From a virus, in the IMG/VR virus record IMGVR_UViG_3300029374_000001, positions 192,001-256,000 of that record: 64,000 nt of DNA. One strand, given 5' to 3'. The first letter of the stretch is position 1. Each line of letters begins with the position of its first letter. This document shows positions 38,650-48,483 of this stretch, in pieces. The notes below the pieces were generated by a model. It was not told the DNA's origin. It did no database searches and was given only the letters and a program-made list of their open reading frames with translations. Made by a program: the position numbers and the translations under genes.

Positions 38650-39478
38650 GATATTATTTAATAAAGATAGCACAGATACTCATTTGAAATATAATATGGA
38701 TTTATTAGGAACCTTTCTTTCTCTACGCTGCGAAAATACGGATCCTGCTTATTTAGCTTCTGGTAGAGATGGAGTAGAAGTATTGGATTCTTATACTTCC
38801 TATGTATTTGTAAACAATCCAAATTCTATTGTAAAGAACTTTAGAGTTCCTACTAAGTCCGCTTATAAGTTTTTAAATATGAATCGTCTTGGCGTAGCTA
38901 TTCGAATGGATTATTCTGATATGGCACAATTATTCTCTAATGGAGATACTATGTGCCAGATAGATACCGGAATGATTTCCAGTACAGAGAAAGATATTAT
39001 CATTAGATTCTTTGTAGGAACAAAAGCTAACTTTAATATCCAAACAGATATGGATGTAGAGTATGGTGAGTTCAGTTCTGCAGATTTGCCTTCCCAAAGT
39101 CATCCAAGAGCGACACTTTGGGATAGCTATTCTTTGAAAATAGACGATATTGAGTATAAGGCCGATAGGTATGGGAATGGTGTACAAGGAACGTTCCAAA
39201 CGCCCATTTCTTATAAAAACGTACCGATTGAATTAACTATTCAAAAGTATAAAGGAAACTTCTCTGCAACTAAATTAACCAGAGATATAGATTGTGAAGA
39301 TGTATTAATAGATTGCTCTTGTGGTGTATTGGATACTAAGAGAGTTTCTTTAAATAAAGGAATAGCTAAAGTCCATTTATATCCATTTGACTACTCTGGT
39401 AAAGTAAAAATTAAGTTGGGCAGAAAATGGTATGAAGTATGGAATGAATATAATTTAATCTTAGAGAAGAAGCCATGA
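38642..39478 (+). CDS. Hypothetical protein in rSAM cassette
   Basis: Start set at ATG 38642 (GTGAGG 9 nt upstream) rather than the track's GTG 38627. Confidence 0.5.
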   Translation: MLKILFNKDSTDTHLKYNMDLLGTFLSLRCENTDPAYLASGRDGVEVLDSYTSYVFVNNPNSIVKNFRVPTKSAYKFLNMNRLGVAIRMDYSDMAQLFSNGDTMCQIDTGMISSTEKDIIIRFFVGTKANFNIQTDMDVEYGEFSSADLPSQSHPRATLWDSYSLKIDDIEYKADRYGNGVQGTFQTPISYKNVPIELTIQKYKGNFSATKLTRDIDCEDVLIDCSCGVLDTKRVSLNKGIAKVHLYPFDYSGKVKIKLGRKWYEVWNEYNLILEKKP

Positions 39479-40449
39479 AATCTATCAGCATATATTTAGG
39501 CAGTAAGTGTAACATGAATTGTTCTTATTGCCATAGAATAGAATCTGAAGAAGAAAACCATATTTCAGATGAGCTCATTGCTCATCTGAAGTCTATGGGC
39601 AAAATTCATATTAGTTTTTTTGGTGGAGAACCTACTCTATATATGGATGATATCAAAAGAGTAGTAGAAGCTATGCCAGAAAATTCATATAGAATTACAA
39701 CCAATGGAATTCTCTTTGATAAATATAGAGAATTCTTTTTAAAATATAATTTCAAAGTGGCATTTTCTTATGATGGAAATAATGCATTACGTTCTAAAGA
39801 TATTTTAGATCATCCAATAGAATATCCATTTGTTAATATCTCTTGTACTCTCTTTCATGGAAATACAGATTTAGAATATATTATGCATCAATTTAATGAG
39901 AAAGAGAAAGTCATATCAGTCAGACTTTCTTTATATCCTCATATCATGCATATGACTTCAGAGTCTAATAAACCATATGCATTAACCAGAGAAGATTATA
40001 CTTCTTTGATTGAACAAATCAAAACCTATGTATCCAAATATGTTATAGATTTTGAGAAATATGGTATTATGAATTATAGAATTAATGGACTATTCATATT
40101 GGTTAATTCTTTATTGAATAATAACTATGAATATGGTGAAACCTATTGTGTTCATCGTAATATAAAGAAAATAGATACATCTGGAAAAATGTATACTTGT
40201 TTATATATGAGAGATGATCAACTATTTCCAGATACATGGCAACAAGATTTAGCCAATGTCATTGATAAGACCTTTACAGATTGTAAAACATGTTCTTATT
40301 ATAGATATTGTGGTTCTGCTTGTGTTAAATCTAAAGAACATGAGTTAGAATGTTATTTCTATAAGAGACTCATTATTTGGGGATTACAATTTAGAAACCA
40401 TCATAAAGAAGCTTTTCAAGAATTATCTAAGATCATTAGGAGGAAATAA
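39475..40449 (+). CDS. Second radical SAM/SPASM enzyme
   Basis: 'KCNMNCSYC' (Cx3Cx2C). 'FFGGEPTL'. C-terminal 'C..CKTCSYYRYCGSAC' (Cx2Cx5Cx3C). ATGA overlap with the upstream gene. Confidence 0.8.
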   Translation: MKSISIYLGSKCNMNCSYCHRIESEEENHISDELIAHLKSMGKIHISFFGGEPTLYMDDIKRVVEAMPENSYRITTNGILFDKYREFFLKYNFKVAFSYDGNNALRSKDILDHPIEYPFVNISCTLFHGNTDLEYIMHQFNEKEKVISVRLSLYPHIMHMTSESNKPYALTREDYTSLIEQIKTYVSKYVIDFEKYGIMNYRINGLFILVNSLLNNNYEYGETYCVHRNIKKIDTSGKMYTCLYMRDDQLFPDTWQQDLANVIDKTFTDCKTCSYYRYCGSACVKSKEHELECYFYKRLIIWGLQFRNHHKEAFQELSKIIRRK

Positions 40450-41132
40450 TGCATTTATTTGTATTTGATGATGCTGTCAGAAAAACAGATCTGAAAGAGA
40501 ATATCAAACTGAATATATATGATGATCATATTTTTCATTTCTTCCATAATGATCACAAGTTAATTATAGATACAGATTTATTAAGAGATGGATCCAGTAC
40601 AATAGTTCTATATAGTCAAGCAACAGACAATACTTATGTATTATATGACTTTAGAGAATTATTAGAGATTTTAGATATGACTCCAAAAGAAATGCTGACC
40701 AATCTCAATCAAAAAGGATTCATGCAAATTGATAAATGTAATAACAATACATTTATTAAAGTTTTCTTGCTTAGAGGAGAAACAGAGCTATCTAGCGATA
40801 CTCATAACTTTGCTTCCTATAAGCATTATACCATAGATTATATTCATCCGTTGGATTGGAAATATAGCTGGACAATTCATGATGCAAAAGCTGTGTTGTC
40901 TGAAGACTATAAAAAAGTAACCATATCTTTCAATATGAAACGTTCTGATTTCTGGATAAAAGATTTATATATCTCTCATGCTGGTCAGACAGAAAAAATA
41001 AAAGAGGGATACAATGAAGTTACTTTTACTTATATAGAAACAGAAGATGTTTATTTTGGAAATCCTAATTGTCATTATAAAGGAAGATGTTTGAATCTGA
41101 CCAGATTACTCTATGAAACCAACCTAAAGTGA
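40449..41132 (+). CDS. Hypothetical protein (last gene of cassette)
   Basis: AGGAGG 5 nt upstream. ATG overlaps the rSAM stop. Confidence 0.5.
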   Translation: MHLFVFDDAVRKTDLKENIKLNIYDDHIFHFFHNDHKLIIDTDLLRDGSSTIVLYSQATDNTYVLYDFRELLEILDMTPKEMLTNLNQKGFMQIDKCNNNTFIKVFLLRGETELSSDTHNFASYKHYTIDYIHPLDWKYSWTIHDAKAVLSEDYKKVTISFNMKRSDFWIKDLYISHAGQTEKIKEGYNEVTFTYIETEDVYFGNPNCHYKGRCLNLTRLLYETNLK

Positions 41133-41214
41133 GATATTCCTATAAAGGAATATCTCTTTTATTCCAGTCAACATTTCAGTAAATTCATGAATTTATATAG
41201 AGAGGGTGAATAAC

Positions 41215-42945
41215 GTGCCAGATGATCCTATTCATACTACCGTCATACGAAAAGCCAGATTTAGAACGGTTAAAGATGGTATCGAACAAATTATTCATTA
41301 TGAAACAGATGTAGATAGTATAGTAGACTTAAAGAAAAAGTTAAATGGTATTATTACATCTCAAATAGATAAAGATGCAATTACACAGGCTATTATAGAT
41401 GATATTAATAATGGTGGGCATTTAGACTTACATTTGGAGAGATATGCTTTATTAGATTCTCCTGTATTTATTAATCAACCCAAAGCTCCTACACCAGCAG
41501 TTACCGATAATAGCACCAGACTCGCTACAACAGCATTTGTTAAAACATATGTGCCAACAGCTATTGACGCTAAGCTGATCGATTATCAGACCAATATCGT
41601 TAACAATACAGCATTGACCGGTACACCTACGGCTCCCACTGCTGCGGTAGGAACATCAACAACGCAGATTGCTACGACTGAATTTGTTCATAATCAGATT
41701 ACATCCAATCTGAATGATTATGCCAAATTGAATTCTCCTGTATTTACAGGAACTCCTAAAGCTCCTACGGCTGCCGCTACATCTAATGATACAACAATTG
41801 CTACAACAGCATTTGTTAAACATGCATTGGATAACGCGCATATTTCATTGACTTTTGATAATACGCCTATTGGTGGGTCTGTAAACCCCATCACTTCAGA
41901 TGGTATTTTTAAAGCGATTAAAGCGGCTAAAGATTCTTTTGCCACTGTGGCCACTACAGGAAATTATAATGATTTAATCAATAAACCAGGAATAGCTACT
42001 TCTTCTACAGAAGGTTTTGTTAAGATCTATAATTCTACAGGAACCAATGTAGATGGTACAATGACGCAATTGTCTATCTCCAATGCATTAGATCAAAAAA
42101 TGGATAAGGCTACATTATCTACGGTAGCTACTACAGGTAAATTTACTGATCTGAATGATATTCCAACAGCCACCGATACCATTAAAGGGATTACTAAATT
42201 ATATAGTAATACAGGTACTCATAGTGATGGAGCTATATCTCAAGCCGCATTTACTGCTGCTATGGATAACTACTTAAAGTTATCTGGTGGTAAAATGACT
42301 GGTATTATAGACATGGATACCTATAATATCGAAATGCTTTCTAATAGCACTAATGGTATTAAATGGTATAAGATGGTTGGAGGAAATAAAACATATGATG
42401 GTCAATTGACTCCAAATAACTATACAGGTACAGCGGCTAAAGCTATAGCGGATAAAAATGGTAATGCAATTGATACATACTATGCTACAAAAGCAGAATT
42501 GTCTGTTATTCCTAAATTCCAAATTTTGATTGTCAATGCTCTTCCAACAACAGATATATCCAAAACAACCATCTACTTAGTAAAAGATCCTAGTGGTCAT
42601 GAAGGAGATCTGTTTAAAGAATATATCTATACATCAGAAGATAAATGGGAATTAATTAGTTCTCCAAAAATTAATTTGGATGGGTATGTACTAAAAGCAG
42701 AATTAGACAGCAAATTATTATTAAAGGCTGATTTAAATTCTCCTATGTTTACTGGTACACCATCTGCTCCTACAGCCAGTATAGATACATATACTGATCA
42801 GTTGGCCACCACCAAATGGGTAACTGATAAAATTGGTTCTCATAAAGTAACCCAGATTACTGAACCAGGAGATGATTCTTTACAAGAATCTATTAAGATG
42901 CATCAATTATGGGTAGATATAACTGGAGATAGTGATATACCGTAA
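41215..42945 (+). CDS. Tail fibre protein with classical fibre repeats
   Basis: Four 'S/T-x-x-(L/I)ATTAFV(K/H)' repeats (RLATTAFVK, QIATTEFVH, TIATTAFVK, QLATTKWVT), as in many tail-fibre shafts. GTG 41215 with GAGAGGGTGA 5 nt upstream (the track's GTG is at 41206). Confidence 0.65.
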   Translation: MPDDPIHTTVIRKARFRTVKDGIEQIIHYETDVDSIVDLKKKLNGIITSQIDKDAITQAIIDDINNGGHLDLHLERYALLDSPVFINQPKAPTPAVTDNSTRLATTAFVKTYVPTAIDAKLIDYQTNIVNNTALTGTPTAPTAAVGTSTTQIATTEFVHNQITSNLNDYAKLNSPVFTGTPKAPTAAATSNDTTIATTAFVKHALDNAHISLTFDNTPIGGSVNPITSDGIFKAIKAAKDSFATVATTGNYNDLINKPGIATSSTEGFVKIYNSTGTNVDGTMTQLSISNALDQKMDKATLSTVATTGKFTDLNDIPTATDTIKGITKLYSNTGTHSDGAISQAAFTAAMDNYLKLSGGKMTGIIDMDTYNIEMLSNSTNGIKWYKMVGGNKTYDGQLTPNNYTGTAAKAIADKNGNAIDTYYATKAELSVIPKFQILIVNALPTTDISKTTIYLVKDPSGHEGDLFKEYIYTSEDKWELISSPKINLDGYVLKAELDSKLLLKADLNSPMFTGTPSAPTASIDTYTDQLATTKWVTDKIGSHKVTQITEPGDDSLQESIKMHQLWVDITGDSDIP

Positions 42946-42958
42946 TATATAGTAGTGT

Positions 42959-42993
42959 AAGAGAGGTCTTCTATAGACCTCTCTTATTTTTAT
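42959..42993 (+). terminator. Rho-independent terminator (aagagaggtct..agacctctctt + ATTTTTAT)
   Basis: 11-bp stem, followed by a T-run, directly after the fibre gene. Confidence 0.55.
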
Positions 42994-43016
42994 AATTAGG
43001 AGGACTAACAATTGAA

Positions 43017-43628
43017 ATGGATAAATTTAAAGAATATATTAAGCTCAATGATCGTAGTCTGTGGTATCTTGTCCTCGGTATCGTTATCATATGCGGAATC
43101 ATTGGATACTACATCTTCCACTACAACGACCATGGAACTGGTGAACAAATTAGAGATACAATACAACAATCAAAGTCAGAAAATGCTAAAACTAAAGACG
43201 CAGTACGAAGAGCTACAGACTCAGTTCGATCTGCTTCAAAAACAGCTGGAGGCATCTCAGATACAAATACGGAATTACAAAGACAACAACGTAAATCAGC
43301 AGAAACAATACAATCTGCTGCAGACCAATTACGAGATGCTCAAAGCACAGCTAAAGACCTCGAAAGAACTCTCTCAGAAGCAGAATCAACAACTGCAGAA
43401 CTTGACAGGACTTTTGAACAGCTTAAAGTATTACAATCAGACGGAACAAAATCTATCGACGCAGCAGAGTCAGCAAATCATTCAGCTTATGACACAGCTC
43501 ATGGAATCCGAGAGAAACTTAATGGAAGCCAACAACAGTTTAGAGAATATGAAGAAGCTGATCGAGAAATTAGAAACACAATTCAACGATTACGAGAAGT
43601 GGGTCAAGAGAACGGAACGCAGACATAA
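43017..43628 (+). CDS. Membrane-anchored coiled-coil protein (N-terminal TM helix); alternative overlapping frame 43012..43692 also fully open
   Basis: The 43017 frame has AT-rich third positions like the rest of the genome, with AGGAGG 13 nt upstream. The alternative TTG-initiated frame has GC-rich third positions. It does, however, encode a signal peptide, a Q/L coiled coil and a C-terminal TM, and it ends 1 nt before the next gene. Confidence 0.45.
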   Translation: MDKFKEYIKLNDRSLWYLVLGIVIICGIIGYYIFHYNDHGTGEQIRDTIQQSKSENAKTKDAVRRATDSVRSASKTAGGISDTNTELQRQQRKSAETIQSAADQLRDAQSTAKDLERTLSEAESTTAELDRTFEQLKVLQSDGTKSIDAAESANHSAYDTAHGIREKLNGSQQQFREYEEADREIRNTIQRLREVGQENGTQT

Positions 43629-43693
43629 ATACCAAAAGATTCTTATTGGTATGATAGCTACCGGGGCTGGTTATTCATTGGGGAATATGTAAT

Positions 43694-44185
43694 ATGGGTA
43701 CAATTATAAAGACACACAAAAAAGAAATCAAGTTTACTGTTAAGGGGAATATGATTATTAAGCCAGTTATTAAACCAATCATTCCTGGGGTATTTAAATG
43801 GCCTATTATAGAAAAGAATGGTAAACAATATCTTTCTAAATCATTTACCTTTGTTGTTCCTAAAGGAATAGAATATTTGAAGATTATTGTTCCACAGTAT
43901 AATGGAGAGCCATTGGCTAAGTTTAGAATGTTAAATGCTATTAATGGCAAAACTTGGTTATATTGTACAGACAATGCCAGTTTGAGTTCTGTGGTTCATG
44001 TATCTCATTATACACCTACTACAGATGACACCAGAGTGCCATACAGTCTAGTATTAAATGATGCTCATATAGAAACAGATCCTATGAAAGGACGTATAGA
44101 ATTACGATATTCTAAAGAAATCAATATGCAATACATGAATGATAATGTAACTCATATTGTAGAAGATATAGTAATAAAAAATTAA
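43694..44185 (+). CDS. Hypothetical protein
   Basis: ORF with GGGGAA 8 nt upstream. Confidence 0.5.
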   Translation: MGTIIKTHKKEIKFTVKGNMIIKPVIKPIIPGVFKWPIIEKNGKQYLSKSFTFVVPKGIEYLKIIVPQYNGEPLAKFRMLNAINGKTWLYCTDNASLSSVVHVSHYTPTTDDTRVPYSLVLNDAHIETDPMKGRIELRYSKEINMQYMNDNVTHIVEDIVIKN

Positions 44186-44198
44186 AAAAAAATAAATG

Positions 44199-44226
44199 TA
44201 TCAGAGACTCATATGAGTCTCTGATA
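44199..44226. terminator. Perfect 28-bp palindrome tatcagagactcat|atgagtctctgata between convergent genes
   Basis: Exact inverted repeat. An A-run on the + side upstream gives a T-run on the minus strand. Member of the CTCATATGAG-centred palindrome family. Confidence 0.5.
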
Positions 44227-44267
44227 ACTTTCTATTTGTCATATAATCAGAATAAATAGGAATATTT

Positions 44268-44882
44268 CTATAATTCGGGGAGTAAATGTGAGCCAGCATA
44301 TCCAATCTTCATCAACATATACTTTAATAAATCATCGTTAATAATATCAAGAATCGGATAACTATTATAGTTGTCTTTATCTATTATATTTAGAGGTCTT
44401 ATCTTTTTATCAGAAGATTTATCACGATTATCGTAATAGTAATGGAGTGTTATAATGATTGTTAGCTTCTGTACACAACTAATAAGTTTTTGTGTATATT
44501 CAATAATGCAATATTTTATTTCTTTTTTATTAATATCCCACACAGAATCCGACTCATCGGTATATAAATCATCTATGTATCCATCAATAGCTGGATAAAC
44601 ATCGAAAAGTGGAAAATTTCCTAATTTATACATAGTATTATACAATATAAAGATTATAATACTTTTATCCAAAGAATTCATATCCAATTTACATTTATGC
44701 ACTAAGTACGAATAAGTATTTATAATGATACGGTTATCATTATCTATATCCGAATCATATTGTGATGATTTATTGGTAATTAGAATACATAAAAGTATAT
44801 GTGCTATATTCATCAGATATTTATCTTCATTATTTAATAATTCTGGACGTTTAAATAGAAATGTATATTTCTCAATATTCAT
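44268..44882 (-). CDS. Hypothetical protein
   Basis: Start moved to MNIEKY (AAGGA 8 nt upstream). The track's ATG 44891 abuts the SD. Confidence 0.5.
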   Translation of the reverse strand: MNIEKYTFLFKRPELLNNEDKYLMNIAHILLCILITNKSSQYDSDIDNDNRIIINTYSYLVHKCKLDMNSLDKSIIIFILYNTMYKLGNFPLFDVYPAIDGYIDDLYTDESDSVWDINKKEIKYCIIEYTQKLISCVQKLTIIITLHYYYDNRDKSSDKKIRPLNIIDKDNYNSYPILDIINDDLLKYMLMKIGYAGSHLLPEL

Positions 44883-44914
44883 ATTATCCATCCTTTTGAA
44901 ACATAATTAAAAAT

Positions 44915-44944
44915 ATATCAGAGACTCATATGAGTCTCTGATAT
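44915..44944 (-). terminator. Perfect 30-bp palindrome atatcagagactcat|atgagtctctgatat (second copy)
   Basis: Same arms as 44199..44226. Lies 3' of 44978..45301. Confidence 0.45.
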
Positions 44945-44977
44945 TATATGTAACTTATCTTTCAATCCATAGTTATA

Positions 44978-45301
44978 TTACCTTTTTACATATACTTCTT
45001 TATATTGCCTTCCGAATTGCATACATTCATCATAGGTGTCCATAAAGATATCAATAATATGCGGTGCTCCAGAACGATCATTAACCACATATTCTATTCC
45101 ATCGATAACCAGGATACTTCCTATAGCAAAATCGTTGGCGGCAACCCCGCCGACATATGGCCATTCGCCAGATGCTGTCGGATTGCCAGTATGAGTATAG
45201 GCAGTTACTTCCATAGTAACCCATTCTGCTTGTACATTTCCAGTACCTAAGAAAAACATACCCATCATTGCTGCTAATGCTACTATTAATTTCTTAATCA
45301 T
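44978..45301 (-). CDS. Secreted 3D-domain protein (MltA/YuiC-like cell-wall-binding/lytic domain)
   Basis: Signal peptide MIKKLIVALAAMMGMFFLGTGNVQA. 'VTAYTHTGNPTASGEWPYVGGVAANDFAIGS..IDIFMDT' matches the 3D-domain layout, including the three conserved Asp. Confidence 0.6.
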   Translation of the reverse strand: MIKKLIVALAAMMGMFFLGTGNVQAEWVTMEVTAYTHTGNPTASGEWPYVGGVAANDFAIGSILVIDGIEYVVNDRSGAPHIIDIFMDTYDECMQFGRQYKEVYVKR

Positions 45302-45396
45302 TACATCATCTTCCTTTCATACTATATAATACAAAGTGTGAAATGCTGGGTTAGTGTATTGTCTAAGGTGGTAATATATATTATGACCACGTATTT

Positions 45397-46143
45397 TCAT
45401 ACGTCTGGGCTCGTATCGGATGATTTATTTTTCATATTTTTAATACGTAAGAGAGCCTCACGATGCCTTTTACAACAGTTACATTTTGGAGTTGCGTCAA
45501 TTCCATATATATCTACATTACAGTTATTCCTAGCTTCACAGTATGTTACTTTATCATATAAATCATTCTTCTGAAGATATAAGATGATGTCTTCTTTAGA
45601 AGTATTTTCTAACGGAAATTCTATATCAGTATCTTTTATTCCATATATCTTAAAAATATTAGAATAGATATCTAATAGCTCTTTTCTGTATCGTATTGCA
45701 TCATCACCATCGATATATCCCATGAATATCTGTATTTTGCTAGGTGGTATTATGAGCAGTGTACTGGCTATAGATAATATCCACATTACTGGTAAAACAA
45801 AATAACTACCATAAGTGAGCTCTTGATCGGTATATGTCTCATCTAGTTCGCTATTCAACTTAATAAAATATATACGGAATCCTTTATTTTTGTATATATC
45901 CATAATATCCGAAATGCTATCACACTCTCGAGTAAGCGTATTAGGTTGTCTAAAGGATGCCATATGATGATATACTAAAAATATTTCGCATTCATCTTTA
46001 AGATGATTCTTTTCGATCTCTTTACAAAGAATATCAAGGATGGTTGTGCTATCACAACCACCCGAGAAAGATATAACAAACGATCGTTTTCCTTGCTTCA
46101 ATGTATTAGCAATTCTTTTTTGACCTAAAAACACAGTAGACAT
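45397..46143 (-). CDS. PP-loop ATP pyrophosphatase, QueC-like (7-cyano-7-deazaguanine synthase-like)
   Basis: 'ISFSGGCDSTTIL' SGGxDS PP-loop. C-terminal Cys cluster 'C..C...CNCC' resembling the QueC Zn site. TAAGGAG 5 nt upstream. Confidence 0.5.
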   Translation of the reverse strand: MSTVFLGQKRIANTLKQGKRSFVISFSGGCDSTTILDILCKEIEKNHLKDECEIFLVYHHMASFRQPNTLTRECDSISDIMDIYKNKGFRIYFIKLNSELDETYTDQELTYGSYFVLPVMWILSIASTLLIIPPSKIQIFMGYIDGDDAIRYRKELLDIYSNIFKIYGIKDTDIEFPLENTSKEDIILYLQKNDLYDKVTYCEARNNCNVDIYGIDATPKCNCCKRHREALLRIKNMKNKSSDTSPDV

Positions 46144-46145
46144 TT

Positions 46146-47009
46146 TTACTCCTTAGTTTCAAAATCGTTATTTTCTGCCTGTATTGCATCGCTAAGAAAT
46201 TTGCGATCTATAGCATCGTTATAATCAGTATGATAGCTAATCAATATACTCATTAAATATCTGAGTTTCTCTTTATATTTATAAGAGAGCGGGCTAACAG
46301 AAATGATACGTGATGCGTCTAGATCACAATAATCATTAATTGTCTCTTTATTGATAAATAGAACCGTAAATACTAAAGATAAATATTTCATTCTATCTAT
46401 AATATCTTCACTATTATGAATAATATCATTAATAATGCGATCTTTATCTACATCATTAGCTGCAATATTATATTCAAATATAACTGCAGATATCGCATTT
46501 TGTGTTACTGGATAATACGGCATCCACGGACAATTAATCATATCAAGAACCTTCATAATTATTGCATTTAATATTCCACGATCTTCATTTGTTAAAGTTA
46601 TCTCGCAGAGTTCTTTAAAGTATATATCTTTAATAGTATAATATATTTTATTATACTTGCTATATTCATTATCGATACGTTCTTCATAATTTTCAAGAAT
46701 AAAACAATTGATAATATATGCCACATTTAATAACATCTTTTCTTTTATCGATCTATATTTTTCATTATCAAAGACGGTATGATAGAGTTTGACTGTGTTA
46801 TCATTATCGTTTTTGATATCTGTAATATTTTGATCATTATTAATCGGTTCATCTTCTTTAGAATCTGCTGTAAAGCTATTAGTCATTTCGTTCACCAAAT
46901 CATCATAAATCGCTTTGTCGGCTGCTTTTGGATCCATTCCTTTTGTAAGAGCATCTGCAACCATGTGTATAAATTCGCTGTTTAGTTTCTTTCTTTCTAC
47001 TGGATCCAT
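46146..47009 (-). CDS. Hypothetical protein, paralog family member 1
   Basis: Shares 'K(E/Q)(K/N)MLLNVAYII(N/D)C(F/C)ILE' and overall layout with 47011..48024. AGGAGG upstream. Confidence 0.55.
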   Translation of the reverse strand: MDPVERKKLNSEFIHMVADALTKGMDPKAADKAIYDDLVNEMTNSFTADSKEDEPINNDQNITDIKNDNDNTVKLYHTVFDNEKYRSIKEKMLLNVAYIINCFILENYEERIDNEYSKYNKIYYTIKDIYFKELCEITLTNEDRGILNAIIMKVLDMINCPWMPYYPVTQNAISAVIFEYNIAANDVDKDRIINDIIHNSEDIIDRMKYLSLVFTVLFINKETINDYCDLDASRIISVSPLSYKYKEKLRYLMSILISYHTDYNDAIDRKFLSDAIQAENNDFETKE

Positions 47010-47010
47010 T

Positions 47011-48024
47011 TTATTTATCCTCCTTCATAATATTCTTTAACTGATTTATTAAAAATCCAAATTTACATTCATAGTCAAATGAACATGGATTGATAGTGAT
47101 AATACGTGTTGCCGGTATATCATAACCTTCATTGCTTAAAAATTCATTGATATAATTATCGGTTGTCAAAATATTATCATCATTATTACGAAGCTCTTTA
47201 AATACTGGTATAAATGATTTCATTTTATCCATAATATCTTTGATATTATTTAAAACAGATTCTACAATATGATCTAAATATTCATCATCGTCATCAGGTA
47301 TAATATCTGTCCAAAATTTTATCGCTGAAGGTAATGACCTAGTCCATTCTGGTATTGTATTATTTATAAATAAACCGTCTATATTTAAATAGCGATTTGC
47401 TAATTTTTTATTTAAACTATTAAGAATAATAAGAATCATTTTAACAATAATTCTTCTATCATCTCTGGATAACTCTATATGACAGATTTGATTAAAATAA
47501 ACATCCAAAATATTATGATAAATTACATCAAATAAATCAAAATGGGTTGTATTGCAGCTTTCAAGAATACAACAGTCAATAATATATGCAACGTTTAACA
47601 ACATATTTTGTTTAATTTCTTCTGTTTCAGCACGATCAAAGACCGTTTTGTATAATTTATCAGCAGCCTTATTTATAACATTTTTATTATTTTCTACAGA
47701 ATTTTCATATATTTCAGCTTTACCATTTTCACCAATTTTAATATTGAGATAAGGCACCAAACTAATTTGGTCAACAATTTTGTTAAAAACGTAAATAAGA
47801 TCATCCTTATTATGACACTTATCTATTACAGAATCAAATTCTTCTTTAAATAATTTTGTACTATGTTCAGGATTCTTTTCAATTAAAATCTCACGAAGAT
47901 TCTTAGTGAATTTATCCATAAAAAGATCAATTTCATTATCGGTAGTTCCTGGTATATTTTTCATTTGCGAAACCATTGAGTCGTATGTTTTGTTTGCTAA
48001 TATTTTTATTTCTAGTTCAGTCAT
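47011..48024 (-). CDS. Hypothetical protein, paralog family member 2
   Basis: The N-terminus 'MTELEIKILANKTYDSM' resembles that of 48085..48483 ('MNKLEVEKIANKIYKTIM'). Confidence 0.55.
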   Translation of the reverse strand: MTELEIKILANKTYDSMVSQMKNIPGTTDNEIDLFMDKFTKNLREILIEKNPEHSTKLFKEEFDSVIDKCHNKDDLIYVFNKIVDQISLVPYLNIKIGENGKAEIYENSVENNKNVINKAADKLYKTVFDRAETEEIKQNMLLNVAYIIDCCILESCNTTHFDLFDVIYHNILDVYFNQICHIELSRDDRRIIVKMILIILNSLNKKLANRYLNIDGLFINNTIPEWTRSLPSAIKFWTDIIPDDDDEYLDHIVESVLNNIKDIMDKMKSFIPVFKELRNNDDNILTTDNYINEFLSNEGYDIPATRIITINPCSFDYECKFGFLINQLKNIMKEDK

Positions 48025-48084
48025 ACATATCTTCTCCTTTTGTAAAATATAAACGAACTTCTTTATATCTTCTTGATTTATAAT

Positions 48085-48483
48085 TTATCTTTCTATCCTA
48101 TCGCTCATCAAGTCTAGATATTTTTTCATTAATTTGTCTTTAACCGGATAGCATTGCCAAACTTCTACTTCTCCATCATCATTTACTCGAATTTCAAGAT
48201 CTGATATCTTATCTATTCTCTTTGCAATTTCATAGAAAGCATAGATAAGATCGTTTGGATCGGTACATTTACTCATTACAGAGTCAAATGCAATTGTAAA
48301 CTCTGTTATTTTACCAGCCTCATTGGGCTGATGATTACTTGATAATTTTAAAAGATATTCGGATACCTCGTTAATAAATGTATCAACCACTTCATCACTT
48401 ATATTCGAATATTCATCTTTACAACGAGACATTATTGTTTTATAAATTTTATTTGCTATTTTTTCTACTTCTAATTTGTTCAT
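48085..48483 (-). CDS. Hypothetical protein, paralog family member 3 (short)
   Basis: Upstream region 'ctccttttgtaaaatataaa(c/t)gaa' is near-identical to that of 47011..48024, so the duplication includes the 5' UTR. Confidence 0.5.
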   Translation of the reverse strand: MNKLEVEKIANKIYKTIMSRCKDEYSNISDEVVDTFINEVSEYLLKLSSNHQPNEAGKITEFTIAFDSVMSKCTDPNDLIYAFYEIAKRIDKISDLEIRVNDDGEVEVWQCYPVKDKLMKKYLDLMSDRIER

